Assembly (NCBI GenBank): GCA_040285825.1
Contig: JAUPSS010000009.1
Coordinates: 124,001-188,000, forward strand
From: Eukaryota sp. TZLM1-RC
Taxonomy: Eukaryota > Protista > Metamonada: BaSk clade
Direction: 5' to 3'
DNA: 64,000 nucleotides
A program made the position numbers and the translations under genes. The notes beneath the pieces were generated by a model, which saw only the letters and a program-made list of their open reading frames with translations, was not told where the DNA came from and did no database searches. Shown here one piece after another: positions 1 through 11,241 of this stretch (position 1 is its first letter; the number at the start of each line of letters is the position of its first letter).

Positions 1-1486
1 ATTTTAAACTCAATTTAGATTGGCATTGGTCAATTTGTGATTCTACTCTCGCAGCAATTATCAAGACCGTGCCAACTGCTGAACTTTCCTTCTATGGTGA
101 AGCTTCTGTCAGACTCTTCATTGTTAAGGCTGGGGCTAGGTTAAGTGCCGGCTTTGATTTCTCACTCATTCCAGAGGCTTTCATTCATGGCACAGAATGC
201 AGGGCCGGATTCAATGTCAAAACTATGCATAACCCTCTTTTCATTGATCTCAATATCTTTTTGTTCCATAGACATTGTACAGCACATTTTTCCAAGTTAA
301 AGGTCAAATGTAGATGGAAGGAGGCTGCTAAAAAGTCACTGTTTCATTGGAGTTTACCTGCTAAGGAACATTTAGTTCATGAGCAAAGCTGGAAAATTCA
401 ATAATTAGACTTTCATGTCCATAAATACTGTTTATATGTTTATATTGTATTGTTGACATGGTTAAGCAACACATGGTATGGTAATTGTTGATCCAATCGA
501 ATGTTATATTGACAAAACTAACTAGATAGAAAGATGAATCATGGTGGCAAAATTTATAGAACATATGCTTATCAGTAATACAACAAACCCTCTACAACTG
601 CAACCTCTTTTCCCTCCTCGTTTGCAACAATGTCAAAACATTTTTCTATTACTTTTTGGTTCCAGCTATGTTAGGAAATGAAGTGTTTGAACATCAGCAA
701 ACAATATTCGATGAATTTCTCATCAAGAAAAACAGAAAGAAACAGATGAAGTTGTAAAACTTGATTGATTGGACCATACCTGGGATATACAAGTACATTA
801 TCTTTTTTGTATTTTTGTATCTGTATCTTGTAACCTGGTACTGCTTTGAGTTTGATATCAATAATAAATAGATAATTAATAATAGTTTCTGATGTTGTAA
901 GGTACATTTAAAGGGTCTGAATTAAATATTGTGGATAGATGAGTAAACAGTAGTTTAATCACTATACATTCGGTGTTTTTGCCAGGTTTGGAGTCGTGTT
1001 TTAGAATTTGAGTATAAATATAGTATATATAAATATAAATATAAATAGATAGTATATAAAGTGCCTCTTGTTTCTATCGATGATAGTTTGTTATTGTTAG
1101 CCTTGGATGGCTGTTGTTATAGTTTATGAGTTATTTGTATTATGTTACAGTTCATTCTATAATTGCGCTCTAACGCTTAAACTGAAGGAATTGCATTTAC
1201 CTTTCGAATAAATTTCATTACTTTTACCACTACTTTTTGGTATGAACTCTCACCACAGGTTATCATTAATGGCTGTTGACTTTGAAGGACCTTCTCTAGC
1301 TGCAAGGTCTATATCTGCAGTGGTTTCTTCTGGTCCCGACCCATTGCAGAGATTACTGTATTTGAGTAGTGCGAAAATCGAAATATCAACTACAGATTAA
1401 TTCAAATTTTCAACACTGCTCAAATCTATATTGGTTGATGTAAACATTCTATACAGAATAATTATAGGTGTATTCAGTATTAAGAA

Positions 1487-2093
1487 GTTAGAGACATTGT
1501 TTTCATTATGGCACAAACTGCAAGACTATCGTGTACCAAAGAGCCTCTGCTGAAGGAAACACTTTCTCTGAATAATTGTGGTTCTGATGATAGAGGTGAT
1601 GTATACTGTGATTGGATTGATAACTCTGAAGCTATTGTTGACTTTGTCTCATGTAATCTTACAAATGATACTTTGGTTCAAAGAAGAAAACTTAATCCTG
1701 TGAGTTCTCTTGATTTTAAAGCAAAAGAAAAACATAGAAAATATGATAAAGATATTGAAGAAGCTAATGCTAGTAGAAATACACAGCTAGTTTATATTGC
1801 TTTCCCATTTTCGATAAACGGAGGACTATCAGTAGAAGCAGAAACTTTTTTGAATGACTTCCAAAAAATGGTTCAAGAAAAAACAATGAAACAATTTGAT
1901 ATTTTTTTATGGCGTTCTTGGATTCAATTTGCCATTATTAATAGATTACCTCGGTTTTTCAATAGAATTAGAAAAGCTTTAGCTAGACATCAACCAGATC
2001 AAGATTTTGTAGAGGAAATCTTGGTTCAATGATATTCGTCCAATTAGTTATGAATTAATTGAATTAAGTGTACATGTTCAATAAATATTTTTC
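1487..2093 (+). mobile_element. 5'-truncated RLE non-LTR retrotransposon, family 1 (endonuclease C-terminus plus 3' UTR)
   Basis: ORF 1508-2032 has KEP..RGDVYC..IVDFV..KEKHRKY (PD-(D/E)xK-like RLE). It is near-identical to 16865-17590 and 49232-49955. A 10-bp TSD GTATTAAGAA lies at 1477-1486 and 2094-2103. Confidence 0.85.
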
Positions 2094-2336
2094 GTATTAA
2101 GAAAAGTCAACATTTCAGTCAAGTTGATAGTCTGCAACAATACCAATGAAGAGGAATTCATTAGATCTTGTTTAATTTTCAATCGAATTTATTTGCTACT
2201 CATACCGAATTCTTTTATATCTGATTTAACTTATCAGAATTTTGTTTAATGATGAATTATTGTATTTAATCCACTAAGATCACTGGGTGTGACACCATAC
2301 ATTTCATGACAAAATGAATTAACAAAAGAGTGGGGT

Positions 2337-2404
2337 AAAACAGTGAATCTGGCGTGAAATGACATAGGAATGTTAACATTGCTCTAAAAATGTGCAGGGT
2401 TACC
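2337..2404 (+). pseudogene. Fanzor family D C-terminal remnant (Zn finger end/RuvC-III)
   Basis: AAAACAGTGAATCTGGCG...ATAGG..TGTTAACA.TGCTCTAAA.ATGT.CAGG.TTAC aligns by eye with 39174-39240, which encodes QNSECGVYWDRVVNSALNMYRIT. Confidence 0.55.
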
Positions 2405-2572
2405 CACTTTCGTATTCATGATGTTTATAGAACAGACATACTACAAAGGTGTGTGAGAGTGGAGAAAAAAGTGAAGAACATTAGTTGTTAATCAATTAAT
2501 TAGTCAGCATGGATTGAAACATAAACTTTTTTTGAGTTACCAATAAACAATTTACTAAAACCACAACACAAG

Positions 2573-3812
2573 CTAGTTCAACACAATCAGGTCAAAACTA
2601 ACGTAAGCAACATACCCTATAACAAACACCACGCCCAAAGACCTACGCAACTTGAACCTTGTGAAGCAAAATCCAATAAAACTCAAGGCTGTGATACCAA
2701 GTGTTATCATTGCGTCCAAGACCAAACCTTCAGTTTCGATAACCAAAACTTGGCCAGGGTAGATGTAAACATAAATGAACCAAGGTACTGCCAAAGCAAG
2801 GGTTGACACAAAGACATTAGAGCCAAATACGTTGCTTATGACAGAGTTACCCATACCATTTCTAACTGCTGCAACAGAAGTGAAAACTTCAGGAAGACAA
2901 GAAAAGGCAGCGAGTAGGGTCAGTCCTTCTACTTCATCTGATATACTTAACATTTCACCAATTTCAGCTACAGCTTCCACAACTACATATTCTACGACAC
3001 CAATAAAAGCAATGGAAAACAAAAGAGTGAGTGGCCAAAACTTTCTAGTTTTGCGAGAAGTACATGGAGGTATTGTCACTAATTGAACCAAAACAATTGG
3101 CAACGTAAAGAAGTACCACAGCTTGTGTAACACACCTCTAGGGACAGAAAGTAGGTCAGTAACATGATGTTGATGCTCATGGTCAAGCAAAGCCTTTCTG
3201 TCTGTATTCTCTGCATTAACAGTATAACGAACTTCAGGGAATGACTCTTTCAAAGATTCTAAACTTGATTCTCTCCTTTTGAATATCAACCGATTAAAAA
3301 AATCAAAATATTTCTTGCTGAAAAGCAAGGCAAGAACAAAAATGATATAAATTATCAGCAAAACTAAAGGTTCAACTTTGGTGATAGTTTCTCCAGCAAG
3401 ACACCAAAGTAAAACTAAGATTGATATAATTAGGAAGAATGTTTCACGTAACAAAACCCTCCAATCAATTAAGAGGGGTACACTGAGAGCGACAGCGGAG
3501 ACTCCTAATGCAAAGCTGAAGTCAGTAATCAGGGTGGAAAACACACAGAATGTTGAAAGCAGAGGCCCCTATGCAGTTAGTTAAACCCGTTTCTGAGTGT
3601 TCAATAAATAACCCAATGACAGATGAAAACAACTCAGGTATAGAAGTTGCAAGAGCTAAGAATAATGCACCCGCGACATCATCAGCAACACCAAGCTTAC
3701 GAATAATAATAAGGAGAGCAGGACATAGATAATGTTCACAAATATAAGCGATGAATATCACAACATAAGATACTATTGCTAGAAGAGTCAAAAGACGAGG
3801 TACATCTATCAT
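2573..3812 (-). CDS. Na+/Ca2+(K+) exchanger, CaCA/NCKX-like; two exons (3812-3547, 3515-2573)
   Basis: Alpha-1 repeat GALFLALATSIPELF and alpha-2 repeat GLTLLAAFSCLPEVF...SNVFGSN. Removing the 31-nt intron joins the two track ORFs into GASAFNILFALGVSA. Confidence 0.88.
3516..3546 (-). other. 31-nt spliceosomal intron
   Basis: GTGTGTTTTCCACCCTGATTACTGACTTCAG. The branch-like ACTGAC is directly before TTCAG, and removal restores the frame and the CaCA motif. Confidence 0.85.
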
Positions 3813-3903
3813 TGGAGAAAGGTATCTCCATTGGTTATCATTTTTGTCAATTGGGATTTCTTTGGAAATCTTTTGGAAAGTTTCCACCCATTTTTGTCAG
3901 ACA
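3813..3903. promoter_or_regulatory. 91-bp bidirectional promoter region (NCKX-like / PPi-PFK)
   Basis: Head-to-head ATGs at 3812 (-) and 3904 (+). Confidence 0.55.
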
Positions 3904-5555
3904 ATGTCTGTTGTTCGTGATACATCGAATTACTCCCCATTACAAGTTGCCCGTCTAGTATATGACACACCTATTCCAGATGTGCTCAAGGGTAGTTGTA
4001 AAATCGAAGACGTCCCCGTCTCTGCGATCTCTGATCCTGCGATTGCAAAGTACTTCCCACATACTATTAACTCCAAGAAAGTTCGTATAGTCTCCTCCGA
4101 TTCGCCCTCCATGTCTCCTGCTCTCCGTGTTGGTGTTGTACTTTCTGGTGGTCAAGCTCCTGGTGGCCACAATTGTATTTCGGGTCTCTTTGATGGTTTA
4201 AAAGCCATTAACCCCGAATCTACCCTTTATGGGTTTCTTGGAGGCCCGTCCGGAATCCTTGAACAAAAGTACATTGAACTCACTGCTGAATATATTGCTC
4301 CTTTCCGTAACCAAGGTGGCTTTGACATTATTGGTTCTGGACGTACGAAAATCGAATCATCTGGTGATTTTGCCAAGGCCGCTGAATGTGCCAAAACCAT
4401 GGAACTAGATGCCATTATTGTCATTGGTGGAGATGATTCTAACACTAATGCTGCTAACTTGGCTGAATACTTCCGTGCAAATCAACTCAAAACCTCAGTC
4501 ATTGGTCTTCCAAAAACCATTGATGGAGACCTCAAGAACAAGGATATTGAAATATCTTTTGGTTTCCACACCGCTTGTATGGTGTACTCTGAATTGATTG
4601 GGAACATCCAAACTGATTGCAACTCGGCTAAAAAATATTATCATTTCATCAGACTCATGGGTAGAGCTGCTTCTCATATTGCCTTGGAATGTGGTCTCCA
4701 AACTAGGCCAAACATGGTTATCATTTCTGAAGAAGTTTTGGCCAAGAACTGGTCACTTCACGATGTAGTCAATCAGATTGCTGACATGGTTGAAAAGAGA
4801 GCAGAAATTGGAAAGAACTTTGGTGTAATTCTAATTCCTGAAGGTCTCATTGACTTTATTCCTGAAATCTCAAAGCTTATTGGTGAATTAAACGACATTT
4901 TATCTGGAACCTCTGAGACTGTTACTAATGATTTGGTACGTTCCAAGCTCTCTGCCGCCTCGCTTGCTGCATTTGACTTCCTTCCTGGGAATATTCAAAG
5001 TCAGTTGATGCTTGACCGTGACCCCCATGGTAATGTCCAAGTTTCCCGTATTGAAACTGAAAGACTTTTGATTGAGCTTGTTTCGCGAGAAATGCAGACC
5101 AGACAATCGTTCAAGGGTAAATTCAATGGACTATCTCATTTCTTTGGTTATGAAGGGCGTTGTTCCCTTCCCACCAACTTTGATTCCAAATACTGTTACG
5201 TTTTGGGGAGGACTGCTGCTATCCTAACTGCCAATGGATGTACTGGTATGATGGCCCAAGCATGTGATCTGACTAAGCCCACTGAAGAATGGATTGTTGG
5301 TGGAGTTCCCATTGCTACTATGTGTGGAGTTGAAAGAAGAAAGGGTAAGGATGTCCCAGTGGTCACCAAGGCTTTAGTCCTTTTGGAAGATCCTCCCTTC
5401 AAGTACTTGTGTCAAGAACGTGAGGGATGGGCTCTCACGGATTGTTATAGAAACCCTGGTCCCATTCAGTTTTAGTATGTATATTTTTATTAACTTATCA
5501 CAGTGGTCCCACCTCGGAAGATATTGCGGTTACCTTGGCTCTTGAACGCTCTTAG
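3904..5555 (+). CDS. pfp: Pyrophosphate-dependent phosphofructokinase (long PFP clade); exons 3904-5474, 5504-5555
   Basis: SGGQAPGGHN, RNQGGFD, GGDDSNTNA (Asp of PPi-type), PKTIDGD, RLMGRAASH, GYEGR. The spliced C-terminus is PGPIQFYGPTSEDIAVTLALERS. Confidence 0.95.
5475..5503 (+). other. 29-nt spliceosomal intron
   Basis: GTATGTATATTTTTATTAACTTATCACAG. Removal deletes the premature TAG and restores the conserved PFP tail. Confidence 0.88.
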
Positions 5556-5939
5556 AATTTTGGAATTTTTTGCTAGTTTTGTGATTTTTAAAGGTCTAGT
5601 TTTATCTGTTTTAGTCCCTCAACTGTTTCTACATGCTTACAAAAGTTTGATCAATGTTGTTCCGCCACAGACAATATTGTTAAATGCAAATGGAAGAATG
5701 ACTTACAAGACATGCAGCAATTGTTTCTATATTGGTATCAACAATGGTTGATGTTCACAAGCATTGAGTCTACCAAATTTAAATGTTAAAGTTTGGAGAA
5801 TTCTAATTTAAATCACTAATTGTATTTCCAAAGCTAGTATTTGAATGCATATATTAGTTGATAATGAAAATTAATGAAAAAACAACAAAAAGAACTGTAC
5901 ACAAACCAAACTAAATACAAAGACATTTAAAAAACTAAT

Positions 5940-6521
5940 TTAGAGGAATACACTGTCAACGATATTTCTTTGCTGAAACTTCATCCAAATTTGATAAAGA
6001 TCCTTCTCCTCACACCTAAACTCACATTTTTTCATTAATAAAAGACAAAACCATTTGTGCTCTTTTGGCGAGAACTTAGTTAACAAAGTTTTAATGGTTT
6101 CCAGTCTTGACTCTGAATCTTGATTAGGAAAATCATCAATAATACTGGCAACTTCTTGTACTGAAAGCAAACTTCCTTCTGTTTCAAACGGTCCGCTCTG
6201 GAAGAGGTGCTCCAGTAAAGCAGGAAAATGAATTCCGAGTGAAGTAGCGGCTAATTCAATCAGCTTCAGTCCCCGTAGTTGCGGGACAGCGGAGATATAT
6301 GAATCAAACAGTTGATGCTCACTGGCAGTGGGAGAAGAGTGTAATGAAGAGAATAATAGATTGTTAAACAAGGAGAAATCACGGGGATATCTTGATTGGA
6401 CAAAGGACCAAAACTGAAACAGTAAACGAGAGGCTTCATCTGCGTTCCTTGTTTTGAGTTTCTCCAGTACATTATGGCAAAAGGACCTAAAAGGTAGACC
6501 ATTTTCTGAGGGGTAAACCAT
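5940..6521 (-). CDS. Stand-alone DNA ligase IV-like N-terminal DNA-binding domain protein (~193 aa)
   Basis: LPFRSFC..LEKL, LSVQEVASIIDDF and LLTKFSPKEHKWFCLLLMKK resemble the Lig4 DBD (PFxxLCxxLE, LTIxxVNxxLD, SxxEQKWLIRxIxK). No KxDG adenylation domain follows. Confidence 0.65.
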   Translation of the reverse strand: MVYPSENGLPFRSFCHNVLEKLKTRNADEASRLLFQFWSFVQSRYPRDFSLFNNLLFSSLHSSPTASEHQLFDSYISAVPQLRGLKLIELAATSLGIHFPALLEHLFQSGPFETEGSLLSVQEVASIIDDFPNQDSESRLETIKTLLTKFSPKEHKWFCLLLMKKCEFRCEEKDLYQIWMKFQQRNIVDSVFL

Positions 6522-6629
6522 GGTAACAGATATTGCTGATAACAATGAAATAAGCTTCCTTTTTACCCCGATGTAGAGGGACTGAGAGGGAATTGAGAAT
6601 TTTCTCCTTATCACCTTTTTGAACCTTCA

Positions 6630-7076
6630 TTTCAGCTTTGTTATCTCTTGGGAGCGTTTATGAAAGAAAAACCTCCAGTCAATTCTTCATGGCTGACTTG
6701 GGTTATGAAGACATAGAATTTTAACCTGGTCATATAGTTTGTTTTGTATTGGAATAAATAACAAAGTAGATAAAAAAATTTGAACCTTCAAGAAACTTTT
6801 CTCTTTGTAGGTATACTGATCTATTTTCACCATTTACATGTGTTTCCATCACGGCCAACATGTATAATGCAGCTATTTCATCTTGATTTCACAAAAACTC
6901 ATACCGTGTTTGTAAAAACTTTGGCAATTTTGCCATTTTTTTGTTAAATTTTGATTTATTTCAAAAAAACTTACGACAAAGTTGAAATTCTATATCTTCG
7001 TAAGCCATATCAGCCAAGAAGAATTGACTGGAAGTTTTTCTTTCATAAAAGCGTCCAAGAGATAACAAAGCTGAAA
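6630..7076. repeat. Element with ~100-bp imperfect terminal inverted repeats (MITE-like/foldback)
   Basis: TTTCAGCTTTGTTATCTCTTGG...CCAGTCAATTCTTC...ATAGAATTT (6630-6725) is the reverse complement of about 6980-7076. No clear TSD. Confidence 0.7.
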
Positions 7077-7164
7077 CTGTTATAAGCTGAAGATAATAAG
7101 GGAACAGCGCCTTTGAAAATTGAAAATACAATTCAGTTTTGCCATTTCGTCCCAAAAAATTAAA

Positions 7165-7835
7165 AGTTAAAAATTAATTCGAAGCTCATCATTTTAACAG
7201 GACCTCTGAACCCACCTTTCTAAACTTAATTCTGAAACTCCCCCTCTCCCTTTGGTGGATGCTTAGAATTTCATTTTGTTCATTGTTACCAGTCTCCAAT
7301 CCCAAACACCGGCTGTAAAAGATCTTTCGCTAAGCAAGTGCCATAAATGTTTCAAACTTGCAACTTTTGGAGTTTATCTTGGATAGAGTTGCCTCCTTTT
7401 CTGCTACAGATTCAGTACATCTGGGTTTCGCGTTAAATATGTAAAATATATTAGTTTCTTATAAACTAATAGTGTTTTAAAGAGTTTGATACAATATGCT
7501 GTTCATTAGATCTATTCTTTTTTGTTGAACTTCAAACAGTTTCTAATCCTTTTGGTACATTGGTCTTTTTGGTACTGTTTTCTATCATTTTATTAGTGTA
7601 ATGGAACATAATGTCCCGTACTTTTCGTAATAGGGGGGCCAAATGATGCACCAAGCCTTCAGTGGATGTTTTATGACCTCGTCCATAATATTTTCTTTGG
7701 AGCTCTCAACAATGACCAAACCAGCTTTTTGTAGTTCAGAGTATTTCTATACAAAAAAGTACCTACTGTTCTTCAAATCTCTTTGAATTGTGAGTGTTTG
7801 GATATCTTCAATTCAAGGGTCAATGGTTCTTGATT
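7165..7835 (-). pseudogene. Degenerate Fanzor1 RuvC region (family D/E)
   Basis: The minus strand, allowing frameshifts, reads RTIDP*IEDI (RuvC-I) and VFGIGDW...KMKF*ASTKGRG.FRIKFRKVG..VLL.DELR, matching the Fanzor1 pattern IGDWS..KFxxPTKGxGFRxxFRKxG..DEFRTS. Confidence 0.6.
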
Positions 7836-7900
7836 GGAGTTTTTCCCTTATCTCAATTTCCCTACATTAAACAACTTATCTTTTTTACATATTATATAAC

Positions 7901-9427
7901 ATGACCCATTCAGATCCTGACACTCAAAAAAAGGCAAAAAAGAGACGCTTTGCCATTGTTGAGCTATGTCAAACCGAGATTCGTTATTGCCGTGACATCA
8001 AAGTGCTTGAACTTGACATTCTACTCCCACTCTCTAATCTCCTTCGAAAATCATCATCTTCCATAGCCATTGCAGCATTGGGTCCTGTTGATCGAATATT
8101 GGCAGCTTTACGCAATATTCGTAGCCTTAACCGCATTTTACGTCGTTCTCTACGTAACAGAATCCCTCCCGAAGCCCTATCTGACACTGCTCAACAATCA
8201 TCATCCTCTGTTGAACCATTAGAGTCCGATGGTGAAGACCTGGCAGCCATGGAAGAAGTCAAGGAATCTGGCGTAGATGAAGTGGGTCCTGTCAATCTGT
8301 GGTCTATTGCTTCAGTTTTCCAGCAAATAACTCCATTTTTAAAGTTTTACACAACATATATTGCCCAGTTTGAAAAGGTAACAGAATGTCTTGCTGATTG
8401 TCGCCGTACGTCCAGATCAACAAGAAAAATTAATGAAGGGATAAGTGAAATAGAGTCCAACCCATCACTTCGAGGACTTGACGTTTCCTCTTTCCTCATC
8501 ATGCCAGTGCAAAGGGTTCCAAGGTATAGATTGTTGCTTGAAGCCGTTCTTAAACAAACTCCAATGGAACACCCAGATTTTGAAGGTGTTTTCTCAGCAC
8601 TAGAGGCTGTCAAAGCAGTGGCGAATGGTGTAAATGAAAAACTAAAGGAATGGGAAGATCGATTAAAGATTATAGATATTGAACGGCAACTCACGTTTGG
8701 CATGGGGGTCGATTCCAGTTCGATTCCCAAGCTTATACAACCACATAGAAGACTTATAAAGGAAGGTTTCCTTAAGAAATTATCAAGAAGGGGGACTTTA
8801 CAGCCAAAAAGAGTGATTTTATTTAATGATTTGCTAATGTATTGTGGTGGGAAGAATCTGTGGACGTTTGGGAGATACTTTGAATCTTGGTTTGTAACTG
8901 ATGATGCTTCGGGCAGTGGTTTTGACTTTGGATTTACCATTCACACTAGCGATAAAACTTTCACTCTCTACGCCGAAGCTCAATCAATAGTAGAAGAATG
9001 GCGTGGTCTATTGGAGAATCTTGCTCGAGCCCATGTTGGATTGAGAGGCCTTGCTGCTGCTGTTTGGAAACCAGATACTTCTACCCAAGTCTGTCCCGGT
9101 TGTGGGGTGGGGTTTAATCTCCTAAGACGAAGGCATCACTGCAGGGCTTGTGGGGAGGTTTACTGTTCATCCTGTACTCAATGGAGAATGATTCTGAGGA
9201 CGGAAACCGTACCATCCCGGGTGTGTCAGAAGTGTAAAAAAGATGCAGAGGAAAGGAGGGCGGTAACGTCATCAACATCGTGTAGGTTATCAAAAATGAT
9301 TGGAAGTGACAAAGATCGGTCCAGTATGGACATTGCAGCCCCACCAGGTGTCTCTCTTTCAATTCTTTCTTATGGTAATGAGGATGTTTTTGACCACCAG
9401 TTTGATTTTCATTCGGATAGTGATTAG
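7901..9427 (+). CDS. FGD/frabin-like RhoGEF (DH-PH-FYVE)
   Basis: ELCQTEIRY and FLIMPVQRVPRYRLLL (DH); KEGFLKK..ILFNDLLMY (PH); WKPD..C..C..RRHHCRACG..RVCQKC (FYVE). Confidence 0.93.
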   Translation: MTHSDPDTQKKAKKRRFAIVELCQTEIRYCRDIKVLELDILLPLSNLLRKSSSSIAIAALGPVDRILAALRNIRSLNRILRRSLRNRIPPEALSDTAQQSSSSVEPLESDGEDLAAMEEVKESGVDEVGPVNLWSIASVFQQITPFLKFYTTYIAQFEKVTECLADCRRTSRSTRKINEGISEIESNPSLRGLDVSSFLIMPVQRVPRYRLLLEAVLKQTPMEHPDFEGVFSALEAVKAVANGVNEKLKEWEDRLKIIDIERQLTFGMGVDSSSIPKLIQPHRRLIKEGFLKKLSRRGTLQPKRVILFNDLLMYCGGKNLWTFGRYFESWFVTDDASGSGFDFGFTIHTSDKTFTLYAEAQSIVEEWRGLLENLARAHVGLRGLAAAVWKPDTSTQVCPGCGVGFNLLRRRHHCRACGEVYCSSCTQWRMILRTETVPSRVCQKCKKDAEERRAVTSSTSCRLSKMIGSDKDRSSMDIAAPPGVSLSILSYGNEDVFDHQFDFHSDSD

Positions 9428-10171
9428 TTTGATTGTTCTATTTTGTAAATTGTTTTTAATGAACTAATTTGATTTAATTAACCTGTAAATTTATTTTCTT
9501 TTTTTAAAATTCTTTATTGTATTCAAAAAGTATAACAAAATCAAGATTTGTGTTAATGAAAGTCATCTCTCAACGACTAATTGTTTGTTGATGGTGAAAG
9601 GGTTCATTGAGTGGCATTAATTTCATTATCCACTAAACAATATAATAGCAATTGTTGTTTATTTCCAAGAATTTTCTTTGTAAACAGTATTTTCCAAGAA
9701 TTGGTTCACTTGTTGATTACAATACTTCACTTTATAAACACAATTTGGAATCACTATCTGATAAAAACTCACACCTTAAAGTATCAGTTGATCAAGTAAA
9801 GCGGGACAATCTTGCTCTACGCAATACTCGAATGAGAAGCACATATTTGAAGCACCAGATTGAACTGGTATTAACTAGAGACAATGATAAATTTACTAGA
9901 GACAATGATATAAGAATAGGGGCAGTTTGAGGTTAATTGAGGTTTTCATTTTTGTGACTTTTGAATAAACTTCGTTTTAAGAGAAATTCTGCATTGTGTT
10001 GTGTAACAATTTAATTTGATAAAATTACAGAATCGAATCAAATCCGAGACCCTCCTTTACAAAATGAAGTCATTATTGAAGGTTCGATTTTGTAAAAGTC
10101 CCACTTCATTTTCGTAATAGAAAAGGATGATTGGAAAAAACTGCAACTTAAGTCGATTCTTTCCGTTTTTA

Positions 10172-10798
10172 ATGACGATTCTTGTTCTATTTTACTCATT
10201 TTATGGACACAGTTACCAAATGGCTAAGCATGCTGCCGAAGCCTTAGGAACCAAGGCTGTTCTCAAACGGGTCTCCGAGACTGTACCCCGTGATGTCCTT
10301 GAAAAGTCCGGAGCACTGGAAGCTCAGAAACAATTCGAACATGTCCCGATCTGCACAGTGGAAGAACTTCCTGATTACACTGGTTTCATCATTGTTAGTC
10401 CTACTCGATTTGGTAATATGGCTGCTCAAATGAGAAACTTTTGGGATCAAACCGGAGGTATATGGTTCCAGAAAAAGCTTGTTGGCAAGCCAGTTACTGC
10501 GATGACATGTACTTCTTCTCAGGGTGGCGGTGCTTCAACCACTCTTGTCAGTATGTATTTCACTTTCCTCCACCATGGCATGGTGGTTGTGGGACTTCCT
10601 TATGAGGTTGAAGGTTTGTTTTTATCATTGAATCTTACCACAGAAATGTTTGACATCTCACAAGCCCAAGGAGGCACTCCTTATGGAGCATCCTCCTTCA
10701 CAGGAACTGATGGAAAAAGAATGCCTTCTGCAGCAGAGCTCAAGATGGTCGAATATCAAGCAAGACATCTTTGTGGCATTGCCGAAAAGTTAGAGTAA
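10172..10798 (+). CDS. wrbA: NAD(P)H:quinone oxidoreductase WrbA (flavodoxin-like), with a 30-nt in-frame intron at 10614-10643
   Basis: YSFYGH, SPTRFGNMAAQMRNFWDQTGG, HHGMVVVGLPY, GGTPYGA. Confidence 0.92.
   Translation: MTILVLFYSFYGHSYQMAKHAAEALGTKAVLKRVSETVPRDVLEKSGALEAQKQFEHVPICTVEELPDYTGFIIVSPTRFGNMAAQMRNFWDQTGGIWFQKKLVGKPVTAMTCTSSQGGGASTTLVSMYFTFLHHGMVVVGLPYEVEGLFLSLNLTTEMFDISQAQGGTPYGASSFTGTDGKRMPSAAELKMVEYQARHLCGIAEKLE
10614..10643 (+). other. 30-nt in-frame spliceosomal intron
   Basis: GTTTGTTTTTATCATTGAATCTTACCACAG. Removal gives PYEVEEMFDISQAQGGTPYGA, the spacing expected for WrbA. Confidence 0.75.
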
Positions 10799-10984
10799 TT
10801 GTTGTCGTTTTTGCTCACATTAAACACTGTCTCTATAAACTGATTCATGTTAGTTACAAGTAGTCAGCTCTTCTTTCAAAAACACAGCGATTCTTTATTT
10901 TGAATTAGGTTTATAGTTTCCAAATTTATCAAGCAATACCAACAGATCTTTGCGGCACAATGGTGGCAAAGGATCATCAACGAA

Positions 10985-11241
10985 GGACTATCAATAGCAA
11001 CAGGAATTTGAATGATTTCCAAGAATTGGTTCAAGCAAAATCAATGAAGAGGTTGGATGTCTGTTTGAGGTGCTCAAAAATACTGCTCGCCATAATTAAT
11101 AGATTACGACGGTCCTTTTATTTAAAAAAAGATGCAATTACGAGGAAGCATGCAGATCAGGATTTTGCAGAGGAAATCTTGGTACAATGAATTTCATTCC
11201 ATTAGTTATGATTTTTTTGTCAAGTGTGTAAGTTTAATAAA
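10985..11241 (+). mobile_element. Degenerate 3' fragment of RLE retrotransposon family 1
   Basis: LNDFQELVQ...AIINRL...QDFAEEILVQ* followed by the family 3' UTR (CCATTAGTTATG...AATAAA). Confidence 0.75.

Noticed and set aside
1-1480. Short ORFs at the window start and the many antisense ORFs inside long genes
   Set aside because: No recognisable motifs; these look like shadow frames or decayed sequence.
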